From the NCBI GenBank assembly GCA_963627135.1, contig CAVFZY010000015.1:7382-71381 (forward strand): 64,000 nucleotides of DNA, read 5' to 3'. The notes beneath the pieces are model-generated. The model was given only the letters and a program-made list of their open reading frames with translations. It had not been told where the DNA came from and did no database searches. Source of the stretch: Bacteroidaceae bacterium (GTDB lineage: Bacteria > Bacillota > Clostridia > Oscillospirales > Oscillospiraceae). The translations under genes were made by a program, and so were the position numbers. This document shows, piece after piece, positions 54,533 to 62,909 of the stretch (positions are counted from its first letter, which is position 1; the number at the start of each line of letters is the position of its first letter).

Positions 54533-54665
54533 GGGACACACCTCCGATATATTCTGCCCTTATCCTACCATTGTCATCCGCCGCTGTCAATTTCCTTTGC
54601 GGTTGAATCCGGCGGCGCGCTTTGCTATAATGGCGGCAGACAGACACAGAGGGGAGAGATCATTC

Positions 54666-55607
54666 ATGCAGCTGCTTTATGCGCTGGCAAAGCTGCGCAC
54701 ACCGTTTTTGGACATGGTGCTCGGCGCGCTCACCAACTGCGGCGGCGAGATTGTGTTCATGGCCGTCGCCATCATCGTGTTCTGGTGCGTGAGCAAGTCC
54801 TGTGGGTACTATATGCTCACCGTCGGCTTCGTTGGCACGATCGTCAACCAGTTTCTCAAGCTGGTGTTCCGCATTCCGCGCCCGTGGGTGAAGGACCCGG
54901 ATTTTCAGATTGTCGAGAGCGCCCGGGCCGAGGCCACCGGCTACTCGTTCCCGAGCGGGCACACACAGAATGTCTTTGCCTCCTTCGGCTGCCTCGGCCG
55001 CTGGACGCGGCGGACGTGGCTGCGCGTGGTCTGCACCGTCGTGATCGTGCTCACGGCGTTTTCGCGCATGTACCTCGGCGTGCACACGCCGCTGGATGTC
55101 GGCGTGTCGTTCGGCATCGGGCTCGTGCTGGTGTTTGCGCTCTATCCGCTCTTTCGCGATATCGATAGCCGTCCCGCCCGGCTCTACTGGCTCTTCGGTG
55201 CCATGGCCGCGCTGGGCCTTGCGTATCTGCTCTTTGCCGAGCTCTGGCCGTTTCCCGCGGACGTGGACGCAGCCAACCTCGCCTCCGGCCGCAAGAACGC
55301 CTACACGCTGCTCGGCGCGGTGCTGGGCATGACATTTTCCTACTGGCTCGACCGGCGGTACGTGCACTTTGATGTGCGCGCCGTCTGGTGGGCGCAGGTG
55401 CTCAAGGCCGTGCTCGGCCTCGCCATCACGATCGGCCTGCGCGCTGTGCTCAAGGCGCCGCTGCTCGCGCTGTGCGGCGGGCACAACATTGCCAACCTTA
55501 TCCGCTATGCGCTCATGGTCGTCTTTGCCGCCGGCGTCTGGCCGATGACCTTTGGCTGGTTCGGCCGCCTCGGGCGGAACAAACCTGCGTCCGACGCGTC
55601 AGATTAA
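54666..55607 (+). CDS. PAP2 family phosphatase (membrane)
   Basis: Motifs KLVFRIPRP, FPSGHT and SRMYLGVHTPLDV. Confidence 0.88.
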   Translation: MQLLYALAKLRTPFLDMVLGALTNCGGEIVFMAVAIIVFWCVSKSCGYYMLTVGFVGTIVNQFLKLVFRIPRPWVKDPDFQIVESARAEATGYSFPSGHTQNVFASFGCLGRWTRRTWLRVVCTVVIVLTAFSRMYLGVHTPLDVGVSFGIGLVLVFALYPLFRDIDSRPARLYWLFGAMAALGLAYLLFAELWPFPADVDAANLASGRKNAYTLLGAVLGMTFSYWLDRRYVHFDVRAVWWAQVLKAVLGLAITIGLRAVLKAPLLALCGGHNIANLIRYALMVVFAAGVWPMTFGWFGRLGRNKPASDASD

Positions 55608-55608
55608 A

Positions 55609-55637
55609 TTGACTTGTCGTCATAAGTGTGTTACTAT
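55609..55637 (+). promoter_or_regulatory. Promoter TTGACT-17-TACTAT
   Basis: -35 at 55609-55614, -10 at 55632-55637. Confidence 0.55.
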
Positions 55638-55688
55638 TTATAAAGTTATGTAAACATGCCAACACGGACATAAAGAGGTGCGTATCAC

Positions 55689-57302
55689 ATGGACAAACAC
55701 GCATTGGATCCTGCCTGCCTGCTCGGTGACCGGCTGCAGACGCTCTCGCGCGCGGAGCTGACCGCGCTGGCCGAGGCGCTGTGCCGCATCCTGACGGAGC
55801 GCGGGACATATCACGGCGGCATCCGCCCGGACAACATCAGCCGCGCCGCAGACGGCACGGTCGGTTTCGGCGCGCCCGCCCGCACGGACACGAAGGACTG
55901 GACGACCGAGGAGCTGGAGTTCATGGCGCCCGAGGTGTTCTGGAGCGGCACGCGCGATGCCTCGGCCGATGTGTATTCGCTCGGCCTGCTGCTGTATGCG
56001 GGCGTGTCGGGCGGCCGTCTGCCGTTTTACCCGGACGACCGGGCAGTGCAGCCCGAGGATCAGGCCGCCGCGCTGCGCCGCCGCATGAACGGCGAGCCGC
56101 TGCCGCCGGCGCGCAAGGCCGGCCGCGGTCTGAAAGAGATCATCGCGCGCGCCACGCAGTGCAAGCCGGACGACCGCTATGCCACGCCGGCGGAGCTGTG
56201 CGCCGCGCTCGAGCAGTACGACGCCGAGCAGCGCCGCAGCGTGCCGACCGCGCAGGAGATGTTCAATAAGCCGGAGCAGGAGCTCAGCGACGTTGAGCGC
56301 ATGATGCTCAGCATCCTCACCGAGGAGGCCGCCGCACCCGAACCGGAAGCGGAGACCCCGGCGGAGGAACCTGCTGCCGAGGAAGCCCCTGCCGAGGAGC
56401 CTGCGGACGAGGAAGTCCCGGCAGCGCCGGAGAAACCGGAGCCGGAAGCCAAGCCGGAACCGGAAGCCAAGCCGGAACCGGAAACCAAGCCGGAACCGGA
56501 AACCAAATCTGAGCCCGAACCGGAAGCCAAACCGCAGCCCGTGCCGGAACAAAAGCCCGCGCAGCCGCTGCCGAATAAATTCCGCCCCGAAAAGCAGCCT
56601 GCCCGGCCGGAGACCCCGGCAAAGCCGAAACCGGAGCGCAAGCGCCCCGAGCCGGCGAAAAAGCCGGAGGCCTACCGCCCCGCCCCGAAGAAGCGGGCGT
56701 CGGCCGAACAGCGCCAGTCGCACAAGGCGGCCGTGCTGCTGACCGTGCTCATCCTCTGCGCGGCCGTGCTGGCCGTGCTGCTGCTGCGCTCGCTCGGCGT
56801 GTTCGGCACGCCCACCACGGCGGAGACCACCCCGACGCCGACCGTCCCTGTCGAGACCGCCGTCCCGACCGAGACGCCCACGCCCACCCCGACACCGAAG
56901 CCGGAGCCGACATATGAAGTCGTCACGGCGGATGTCTCCTGGGCGGATGCCGAAGCGGCGGCCGAGGCCAAGGGCGGTCACCTCGTCGTGATCGACAGCG
57001 CCGAGAAGTGGACGCGCGTCGCCCAACTGGCCGATGAGTCCGGCCTGACCTATGTCTGGATCGGCCTGCACCGCACCGACAGCGGCGAGCTCACCTGGGT
57101 CAAGGACAACGTCGACCCGGTCTACAACTGGGCGTCCGGCGAGCCGTCTGTGCACGATACCAACGGTGCTGCAGAGGATTACGTGCTCATTACGCGCACG
57201 GCCGACGGCTGGTATTATAACGACTGCATCGGCGATCCCGCCGGCCGCTACCCACAGTTCTACAGCGGCAAGATCGGCTACATCATCGAGATCGACCCGT
57301 AA
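55689..57302 (+). CDS. Membrane protein: truncated Ser/Thr pseudokinase, Pro/Glu/Lys repeat linker, TM helix and extracellular C-type-lectin-like domain
   Basis: Only kinase C-lobe motifs are present, and they are degenerate (HGGIRPDNI in place of HRDxKPxN, GFG in place of DFG, then MAPE and DVYSLG). TM helix AAVLLTVLILCAAVLAVLLL. CTLD pattern SWADAEAAAEAKGGHLVVIDSAEK..WIGL..NWASGEPS..GWYYNDC. Confidence 0.85.
   Translation: MDKHALDPACLLGDRLQTLSRAELTALAEALCRILTERGTYHGGIRPDNISRAADGTVGFGAPARTDTKDWTTEELEFMAPEVFWSGTRDASADVYSLGLLLYAGVSGGRLPFYPDDRAVQPEDQAAALRRRMNGEPLPPARKAGRGLKEIIARATQCKPDDRYATPAELCAALEQYDAEQRRSVPTAQEMFNKPEQELSDVERMMLSILTEEAAAPEPEAETPAEEPAAEEAPAEEPADEEVPAAPEKPEPEAKPEPEAKPEPETKPEPETKSEPEPEAKPQPVPEQKPAQPLPNKFRPEKQPARPETPAKPKPERKRPEPAKKPEAYRPAPKKRASAEQRQSHKAAVLLTVLILCAAVLAVLLLRSLGVFGTPTTAETTPTPTVPVETAVPTETPTPTPTPKPEPTYEVVTADVSWADAEAAAEAKGGHLVVIDSAEKWTRVAQLADESGLTYVWIGLHRTDSGELTWVKDNVDPVYNWASGEPSVHDTNGAAEDYVLITRTADGWYYNDCIGDPAGRYPQFYSGKIGYIIEIDP
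56432..56535 (+). repeat. In-frame tandem 18-bp repeats encoding (K/E)PEPE(A/T) units
   Basis: AAGCCGGAACCGGAAGCC-type unit repeated about five times. Confidence 0.85.
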
Positions 57303-57312
57303 AAACGCAAAA

Positions 57313-57347
57313 GCTCCCCGGCCATCCGGCCGGGGAGCGATTTTTTT
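57313..57347. terminator. Bidirectional terminator
   Basis: GCTCCCCGGCC-ATCC-GGCCGGGGAGC followed by GATTTTTTT. Confidence 0.85.
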
Positions 57348-57356
57348 GCGCAGCGT

Positions 57357-57674
57357 TCAGGTTTGCCAGTCGGTGACTGGTTTTCCGTCGCTGTCTGTGA
57401 ATGTGCCGCAGGCGATCATAATCAGGTCGACCAGCGCGCCGACGCCAAGGCAGCCGGCCGTAAGCAGCCAAAGCACGCCCGTGCCGATCTTGCCGACGTA
57501 GAAGCGGTGGATGCCGAGCCCACCGACGAAGATGCACAGCAGCAACGTGATCAGGCGCGATTTCGGGCTGGCGTTCGGGTCGACGGCCTTCGTCGTCGCC
57601 ACGGCGCAGCCGCACTGCGGGCAGACGACGGCCTCGTCGACCAGCTGCGCGCCGCAATGAGCGCAGTATTTCAT
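57357..57674 (-). CDS. TM2 domain protein with an N-terminal zinc ribbon
   Basis: CAHCG..CPQCG zinc ribbon, then a TM2 motif ([28 protein letters not shown]). Confidence 0.85.
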   Translation of the reverse strand: MKYCAHCGAQLVDEAVVCPQCGCAVATTKAVDPNASPKSRLITLLLCIFVGGLGIHRFYVGKIGTGVLWLLTAGCLGVGALVDLIMIACGTFTDSDGKPVTDWQT

Positions 57675-57751
57675 GGTGTTTCCCCCTCCTTCGCGGCCGC
57701 GCGGCCGCGATACTTGTCACATGGCGGCGATGCCTGTCATATGACAAGGTC

Positions 57752-57780
57752 AGTGTAGCATCCCGCCGCGGGATTGTCAA
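57752..57780 (-). promoter_or_regulatory. Promoter TTGACA-17-TACACT, followed by the 12-bp palindrome TGTCATATGACA (57735-57746)
   Basis: -35 at 57780-57775, -10 at 57757-57752. The palindrome lies about 6 nt downstream of the -10. Confidence 0.5.
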
Positions 57781-57823
57781 TTCCGGCACGATCGTTTTGG
57801 GCGAGAATTCGCCGCCTTCTGGC

Positions 57824-57859
57824 AAAAAACCGACCCGGGAGCAGGTGCTCCCGGGTCGG
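57824..57859 (-). terminator. Terminator of the perR-rbr unit
   Basis: CCGACCCGGGAGC-ACCT-GCTCCCGGGTCGG followed by T6 (minus strand). Confidence 0.85.
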
Positions 57860-57878
57860 CGACTGTCTTGGGGGGGAA

Positions 57879-58448
57879 TTACTTGCCGAAGTAGCGCTTG
57901 AGCAGGCCCTCAAATGCCTTGCCGTGGCGGGCCTCGTCGCGGGCCATCTCGTGCACGGTGTCATGGATCGCGTCAAGATTATACTGCTTGGCCAGCTTCG
58001 CGAGCTGGAACTTGCCGTCGGTCGCGCCGTTCTCGGCGTCGACGCGCATCTCGAGGTTCTTCTTCGTGCTGTCGGTGATAACTTCACCGAGGAGCTCGGC
58101 GAACTTCGCGGCGTGCTCGGCTTCCTCGTAGGCGGCCTTCTCCCAGTACAGGCCGATCTCCGGATAGCCCTCGCGGTGCGCCACGCGCGCCATGGCCAGA
58201 TACATGCCGACCTCGGAGCACTCGCCCTCGAAGTTGGCTCTCAGGCCGTCGATGATCTCCTTCTGCACGTCGGCCGGGACGTCCGCGCCGAACGTCTTGC
58301 CCACGCCGACGACATGCTCGGCAGCCCAGGACTTCTCAGCCTTCTGCTCGATGAACTTGGAGCCGTCAACATGGCACACCGGGCACTCAACCGGCGGCTG
58401 CTCGCCTTCATAAACGTAACCACAGACACTGCAAACCCATTTTTTCAT
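57879..58448 (-). CDS. rbr: Reverse rubrerythrin (N-terminal rubredoxin-like domain plus diiron four-helix bundle)
   Basis: CSVCGY..CPVC at the N-terminus. ExxH diiron ligands ([33 protein letters not shown]). Confidence 0.9.
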   Translation of the reverse strand: MKKWVCSVCGYVYEGEQPPVECPVCHVDGSKFIEQKAEKSWAAEHVVGVGKTFGADVPADVQKEIIDGLRANFEGECSEVGMYLAMARVAHREGYPEIGLYWEKAAYEEAEHAAKFAELLGEVITDSTKKNLEMRVDAENGATDGKFQLAKLAKQYNLDAIHDTVHEMARDEARHGKAFEGLLKRYFGK

Positions 58449-58493
58449 AGTAAGATTCCTCCTGATGTTTTTTGATTTCGATCGTTGGTTTTT

Positions 58494-58907
58494 TTATTCG
58501 GAAGCGGATCCTTTGTCCGCTTGCTGACAAGTTTTGCAAAGCCCTGTGAACGTGATGCTACACCCGAGCACCTGCGCGTCCGTCACGCTCTGAGCGAGGG
58601 CACACAGCTGCGCCTCCGGCTGACCGGGCAGCGGCACGTCGATGACCCGGCCGCACTGCACACAGTGCAGGTGCGCGTGGGGCTCCGTGCGGGCGTCGAA
58701 CCGCTCCTGCCCGCGGAACACACCGACGCTCATCGCGTCGCCCTCCTCAGCGAAGAGGCTCAGGTTCCGGTACACCGTGCCGAGGCTCAGGTCGGGGTAG
58801 TCCGGCTTGAGCTGCTGGTACAGCTCCTGCGCGGTGGGGTGGGCAGTCGTTGCTGCGAGGGCTTCGAGGATGACCTGCCGCTTTTTGCTGTTTTTGCGTG
58901 TGGGCAT
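58494..58907 (-). CDS. Fur family regulator (PerR-like by context)
   Basis: HPTAQELY..LGTVYRNL HTH motif. HAHLHCVQCGRV and CKTC metal sites. Directly upstream of rubrerythrin. Confidence 0.85.
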   Translation of the reverse strand: MPTRKNSKKRQVILEALAATTAHPTAQELYQQLKPDYPDLSLGTVYRNLSLFAEEGDAMSVGVFRGQERFDARTEPHAHLHCVQCGRVIDVPLPGQPEAQLCALAQSVTDAQVLGCSITFTGLCKTCQQADKGSASE

Positions 58908-58925
58908 CGAAGCACCTCCTTAAAA

Positions 58926-58950
58926 ATCAGTAACAAGAATTATTACTGAT
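58926..58950. promoter_or_regulatory. Inverted repeat ATCAGTAA-N9-TTACTGAT (candidate Fur/PerR operator)
   Basis: AT-rich dyad immediately downstream of the predicted -10 of the perR promoter. Confidence 0.45.
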
Positions 58951-58953
58951 ATG

Positions 58954-58982
58954 AAGATACCACAGAGCTTCGCATTTGTAAA
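58954..58982 (-). promoter_or_regulatory. Promoter TTTACA-17-TATCTT (TGG upstream of the -10)
   Basis: -35 at 58982-58977, -10 at 58959-58954. Confidence 0.5.
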
Positions 58983-59054
58983 GTCCTTTTTGCGAATGAT
59001 TCTCAAGATTGTGCATTCTGCTGTATTTTCTGCACCCCGTTTCGGTATATGTGC

Positions 59055-59088
59055 GCAAAATAATTGGCCGCGCGGTGTCCGCGCGGCC
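59055..59088 (-). terminator. Terminator after the hemZ / kinase-like operon
   Basis: GGCCGCGCGG-ACA-CCGCGCGGCC followed by AATTATTTTG (minus strand). Confidence 0.7.
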
Positions 59089-59132
59089 GGAGCGGCTGCC
59101 GAAAAACCTGTGCACAAGTGTAACGGGACAGC

Positions 59133-59185
59133 GCAGCAGGGGAGTCCGCCTTGGATGAGATCGGGCATCGCCGAACGGCGATACC
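59133..59185. repeat. Family-2 element, short copy E
   Basis: GCAGCAGGGGAGTCCGCCTTGGATGAGATCGGGCATCGCCGAACGGCGATACC aligns with 52354-52421 minus the inner hairpin. It ends 2 nt from the stop codon at 59188-59190. Confidence 0.65.
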
Positions 59186-59187
59186 GC

Positions 59188-60132
59188 TCAGTAGCTGTAC
59201 ACGCCGCCGCCGATGAACTCGCGCAGCATGCTCTCGGGCGCGAGCAGGGCGGGGTCGATCGTCTCGAAGTGCTCGAGCGCCGGCAGGATGCTGCGGATCT
59301 CCGCATAGCGCTCCGCGCCCTCGGGTACAGCCGCGAGCAGGGGCGCGGCATAGTTTTTCATAATGGACACCTCGCATGGGAACGACGAGTCGAACATCAG
59401 GTTCGCGCGCTCCTTGAACGGGGAGATGAACCGCTTCTCGCCGCGGCGGACGTTGGCCCACATGTCCAGCGTCGCGGCGGCGGGGGTACCGCGGAAGTTG
59501 CTGTCGCGCACGAGGCGGCGCAGCAGACGCATCCACGTGCCCTTGAACACCTCGCGTCCGTCGTTGTCAACGACGTTCGAGCGTGCGCTGATATACAGCC
59601 GGAACGCGTCCGGGCAGCAGGTGGCGATGTCGTCATTGAGCGCGTGGATGCCCTCGCACACGGCGACCTCGTCCTTGCCGAGGCGCATGGGCCGACCGAT
59701 GGGGCCGGACTGCACGCGTGTGACGAAATTATAGCGCGGCAGGTGGATCTCCTCGCCGCGGGCGAGCGCGTTGAGGTGCTTGCCGAGCAGGTCCATGTCC
59801 AGGCACGCGGGGGACTCGAGGTCCTCACCGCCCTCCGGCGTGCGCGGCACGGTGCGCGGATCGAGCGTGCGGAAATAGTTGTCCATGGCCAGGCTCTGGC
59901 TGCCGATGCCCATCCTGCGCAGGGCCTCGGCGATCTTCATGGCCGTGGTGGTCTTGCCGCTGCCGGACGGGCCGGACAGCAGCACGATCGGGCACGTGTG
60001 CACGTTCTCGGCGATGGCGCGTGCCGCGCGCTCGATCTTGGCGGCATAGGCCGCGTCGCACGCGTCGACGAATTCCTTGGGGTCAGTCTGAATGCGGCGG
60101 TTGATCTCCTGAATGTGATAACTCATTCTCAT
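59188..60132 (-). CDS. Uridine kinase / phosphoribulokinase-family P-loop nucleoside kinase-like protein
   Basis: Walker A LLSGPSGSGKTT, then SLAMDNYF. ATGA overlap with hemZ. The track ORF extends upstream into hemZ. Confidence 0.75.
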   Translation of the reverse strand: MRMSYHIQEINRRIQTDPKEFVDACDAAYAAKIERAARAIAENVHTCPIVLLSGPSGSGKTTTAMKIAEALRRMGIGSQSLAMDNYFRTLDPRTVPRTPEGGEDLESPACLDMDLLGKHLNALARGEEIHLPRYNFVTRVQSGPIGRPMRLGKDEVAVCEGIHALNDDIATCCPDAFRLYISARSNVVDNDGREVFKGTWMRLLRRLVRDSNFRGTPAAATLDMWANVRRGEKRFISPFKERANLMFDSSFPCEVSIMKNYAAPLLAAVPEGAERYAEIRSILPALEHFETIDPALLAPESMLREFIGGGVYSY

Positions 60133-61595
60133 TGAAAAAACACCTCCAGTTCTGCCTTGGCTGTGCAGATGCGGTCGATATTGGTGATGTATTCCGTGGG
60201 ATACTTGGGGTCGATGTGCCGCTCGAGTCTGCTGCCGCTGGGGCGCACGAGCTTTGTCGAGGCGCCGCCGCCCATGGCAAGGATGCTGCACAGCTCCTCC
60301 ATGATGCAGATGTTATAGAGGTTCTCCTGCCCCGGTCGCGTCCAGCCGACGTTTTCAAACCCGCCGGACATGAACTTCTGGCGGTAGAGGTAATACGGTG
60401 CATAGCCGGCCGCGTCGAGCGTGCGGCCCGCAAAGTCGAGCATCTCGCCGACGGCCTCCCCATCGGGGATGGGCGCCGGCTGCGCCATGAGGTCGGCCCC
60501 GCGCTTGCGCGAGAGCGTGTGTACGGTCACGTTTTCGGGCGCGAGCGCGAGCACCTGCTCGAGCGTGGCGCGAAAGCCGTCCGGCGTGTCGCCGGGCAGG
60601 CCCGCGATCAGGTCCATGTTCACGGCGAAGCCGCCGGTCTCGCGCACGAGACGCAGCGCATCAAAAATGTCCTGCGCGGTGTGGCGGCGGCCGATCGTCT
60701 CGAGCACGCGGTCGTCGAGCGTTTGGGGATTGACGCTGATGCGGTCGACGCGCTGCGCGCGCAGCACGTGCAGCTTGTCGGCCGTGATGGTGTCGGGCCG
60801 GCCGGCCTCGACGGTGAACTCGCGCAGGCTGCTGAGGTCAAATGCCGCGTCGAGCTGCGTGCACAGCGCGTCGAGCTGGCGCGCCGAGAGCGTGGTCGGT
60901 GTGCCGCCGCCGATGTAGAGCGACACGACGCGCAATCCGGCGCGCTGCACGGCCTCGGCGGTCGCGGCGATCTCGCGCGCGAGCGCCTGCAGAAACGCCG
61001 GCACGAGCGCCATGCTCTTTTCCACCGACTGGCTCACAAAGCTGCAGTAGGCGCAGCGCGTCGGGCAAAACGGGATGCCCACGTACAGGCACACGTCCTT
61101 CTCGCCGAGCGAGTCCTTGGCGCGCAGCGTGGCGTGGGCGGTGCGCACCACGAGCGCAGCGCGCGCGGGCGCAACGTCGTAGTGCCGCTCAAAATAGCGC
61201 ATGGCCTGCGTGTCGTCCATGCCCTGCGTGAGCAGGGGGGTCATGAGCTTGCCGGGGCGCACGCCCGTGAGCATGCCCCACGGCGTGTGCGGCAGGCCGA
61301 TGCCCGTGGCCGCGCGGTAAAACGCGCGCTTGACCGCGCCCTGCAGCTGCCGGTCTTTTTCCGTGGGGTCGGTCAGCTCGCCGTTGGGCACGCTCGTGCG
61401 GCCGTTGGCCGTCCGTCCATGATAGACGAGCACGCACGTTGCGGTCGTGATCTTGGGGCCGGGCATGAGCCGCAGCTCCACGCGGTCGCCGGTCGGCCGG
61501 CCGTCCGGATATACCGGTCGCTCGTCCGGAAACAGCGTCAGGAGCATCTGCTCCACCGCATAGCGGTAGTCATGTCCGATCAGATAGAGATTCAT
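60129..61595 (-). CDS. hemZ: Radical SAM coproporphyrinogen dehydrogenase-like protein (HemZ type)
   Basis: CxxxCxxC motif (GIPFCPTRCAYCSF) after a roughly 170-aa HemZ-specific N-terminal region. AGGAGG RBS. Confidence 0.85.
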   Translation of the reverse strand: MNLYLIGHDYRYAVEQMLLTLFPDERPVYPDGRPTGDRVELRLMPGPKITTATCVLVYHGRTANGRTSVPNGELTDPTEKDRQLQGAVKRAFYRAATGIGLPHTPWGMLTGVRPGKLMTPLLTQGMDDTQAMRYFERHYDVAPARAALVVRTAHATLRAKDSLGEKDVCLYVGIPFCPTRCAYCSFVSQSVEKSMALVPAFLQALAREIAATAEAVQRAGLRVVSLYIGGGTPTTLSARQLDALCTQLDAAFDLSSLREFTVEAGRPDTITADKLHVLRAQRVDRISVNPQTLDDRVLETIGRRHTAQDIFDALRLVRETGGFAVNMDLIAGLPGDTPDGFRATLEQVLALAPENVTVHTLSRKRGADLMAQPAPIPDGEAVGEMLDFAGRTLDAAGYAPYYLYRQKFMSGGFENVGWTRPGQENLYNICIMEELCSILAMGGGASTKLVRPSGSRLERHIDPKYPTEYITNIDRICTAKAELEVFFQ

Positions 61596-61622
61596 ATGCT
61601 CTCCTCCTTTTTTCCCGCGAGG

Positions 61623-62579
61623 TCAGGAGCGATCCTTGGCTCTGTTCTTAAGTTCTCTGGCCTTTGCCTTCACGGCCCGGGCCAGCTGTTTGCGGCGCTG
61701 TGCGTGCTCATGCACACGCGTGAAGGCCAGGCCGTTGGTCTTGCCCTCACGCAGCGCCGGGAATGCCTGCGCGATACGCTCGTGCACGATGTTGCGCTGA
61801 CTCAGCAGCTCTTCGCGGCGCTGCAGAAGTTCGCTGCGGCGCTGCAGAAGTTCGCTGCGACGCATGAGGGAGCTTTGGGCGCGCTTTTCGGCAATCTGCT
61901 CGCCTTTTTCGGCGATCACGGCGCTTTTTTCTTTCATGCCGGTGTAAACCTCCATGCCGCGGTCCTTCGCGTCCGAGGCGCGAATATAAATCTCCTCGCC
62001 GATCTCATCGGAGATGACCGTGAGTGAGTCCTCAATGGCCTGCAGGGCGCGCAGCTTTTTCGGCAGCTTGCGGATCTCCATGGCGGTGATGATGTTGTCA
62101 GCGATCCACAGGACGCTGAATATACCGAGCAGCATCCAGCCGAGCCTTTTCGGGATAAGGCCGACGGCTCTGGCCACGAGCGGCTGGAATACATCGACCA
62201 CGAACACACACGCCAATCCCCACAGCACCGAGAACTCCAGGCACACGTAGCCCTTGATGTTCAGCGGGCGCTTGGAGTAGTCCCACCACTTGTCATGGAA
62301 CACTTTTTCGAGCACCCAGCCGGTGAAGTATTCGATCACGCTCGTGAACAGCACGCTGCCGCCGAACAGCAGCCAGAAGCTGCTCTTGAGCGGCCCGAGC
62401 ACGAGCAGCACACTCATCACGCCGAAGCCGTAGATGGAGCAGATGGGGCCGTTGACGAAGCCGCGGTTGACGAACTTGCCGTGCGCGATGGCGGCGAAGG
62501 CCACCTCGGAGCACCAGCCGAGAAAACCGTAGATGTAGAAGTACCAGAGGATCTGGAACCAGGAATAGGGCACAAGCAC
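61623..62579 (-). CDS. Membrane protein of the 'putative ABC-transporter type IV' (CmpB-like, PF06541) family with a helical C-terminal tail
   Basis: Motifs YGFLGWCSEV and KWWDYS. GTG at 62579, 8 nt after AGGAG, is the preferred start; the TTG at 62585 used in the track is too close to the RBS. Confidence 0.75.
   Translation of the reverse strand: MLVPYSWFQILWYFYIYGFLGWCSEVAFAAIAHGKFVNRGFVNGPICSIYGFGVMSVLLVLGPLKSSFWLLFGGSVLFTSVIEYFTGWVLEKVFHDKWWDYSKRPLNIKGYVCLEFSVLWGLACVFVVDVFQPLVARAVGLIPKRLGWMLLGIFSVLWIADNIITAMEIRKLPKKLRALQAIEDSLTVISDEIGEEIYIRASDAKDRGMEVYTGMKEKSAVIAEKGEQIAEKRAQSSLMRRSELLQRRSELLQRREELLSQRNIVHERIAQAFPALREGKTNGLAFTRVHEHAQRRKQLARAVKAKARELKNRAKDRS
61815..61856 (-). repeat. Two exact 21-bp tandem repeats encoding RRSELLQ RRSELLQ
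   Basis: GCGGCGCTGCAGAAGTTCGCT at 61815-61835 and 61836-61856. Confidence 0.9.
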
Positions 62580-62789
62580 GAACAAAACTCCTCTCAGATC
62601 TGGGTGCCTGCGGCATAATAACCCAGTCTAATCATAATCGTCCAAATATTATAACATAGCGCTGCGGGTATTTCCAGCCTTTCCGGTACGGTTGGAGACA
62701 AAAGCGAAAAAATGGACAAAAAGGCGGCGGGGGGGGAAATTGTGTGCGGGCAAGCATGTTCATCGTGCGGCGGGTGATGCGCCATTCCG

Positions 62790-62898
62790 GAAATCATTGA
62801 GCAGCAGGGGAGCCCGAGGTGGGCTTTGCCCACCTCGGGCTCCCCTGCTGCTCAGATATCTTGGAATGATTCACCATTCGTTTCTCAAGGAGAAGGCT
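62790..62898. repeat. Family-2 element, copy D (full 26-bp perfect hairpin)
   Basis: TGAGCAGCAGGGGAGCCCGAGGTGGG at 62798-62823 pairs perfectly with 62829-62854. GAATG..CATTC at 62864-62879. Degenerate CCTTCTCC hairpin half GGAGAAGG at 62889-62896. Confidence 0.85.
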
Positions 62899-62909
62899 TG
62901 TGGTGCGCT

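Noticed and set aside
55638-57155. 505-aa ORF antisense to the pseudokinase-lectin gene. The same applies to other long antisense ORFs, e.g. 1014-2027, 3431-4723, 7066-8298, 8935-9996, 24208-25458, 27350-29368, 34584-36137, 44264-45748 and 60132-62027.
   Set aside because: Each mirrors a sense-strand gene with recognisable motifs, an RBS and operon logic. The translations are Arg/Ala/Gly/His-rich. None has an RBS or promoter of its own.
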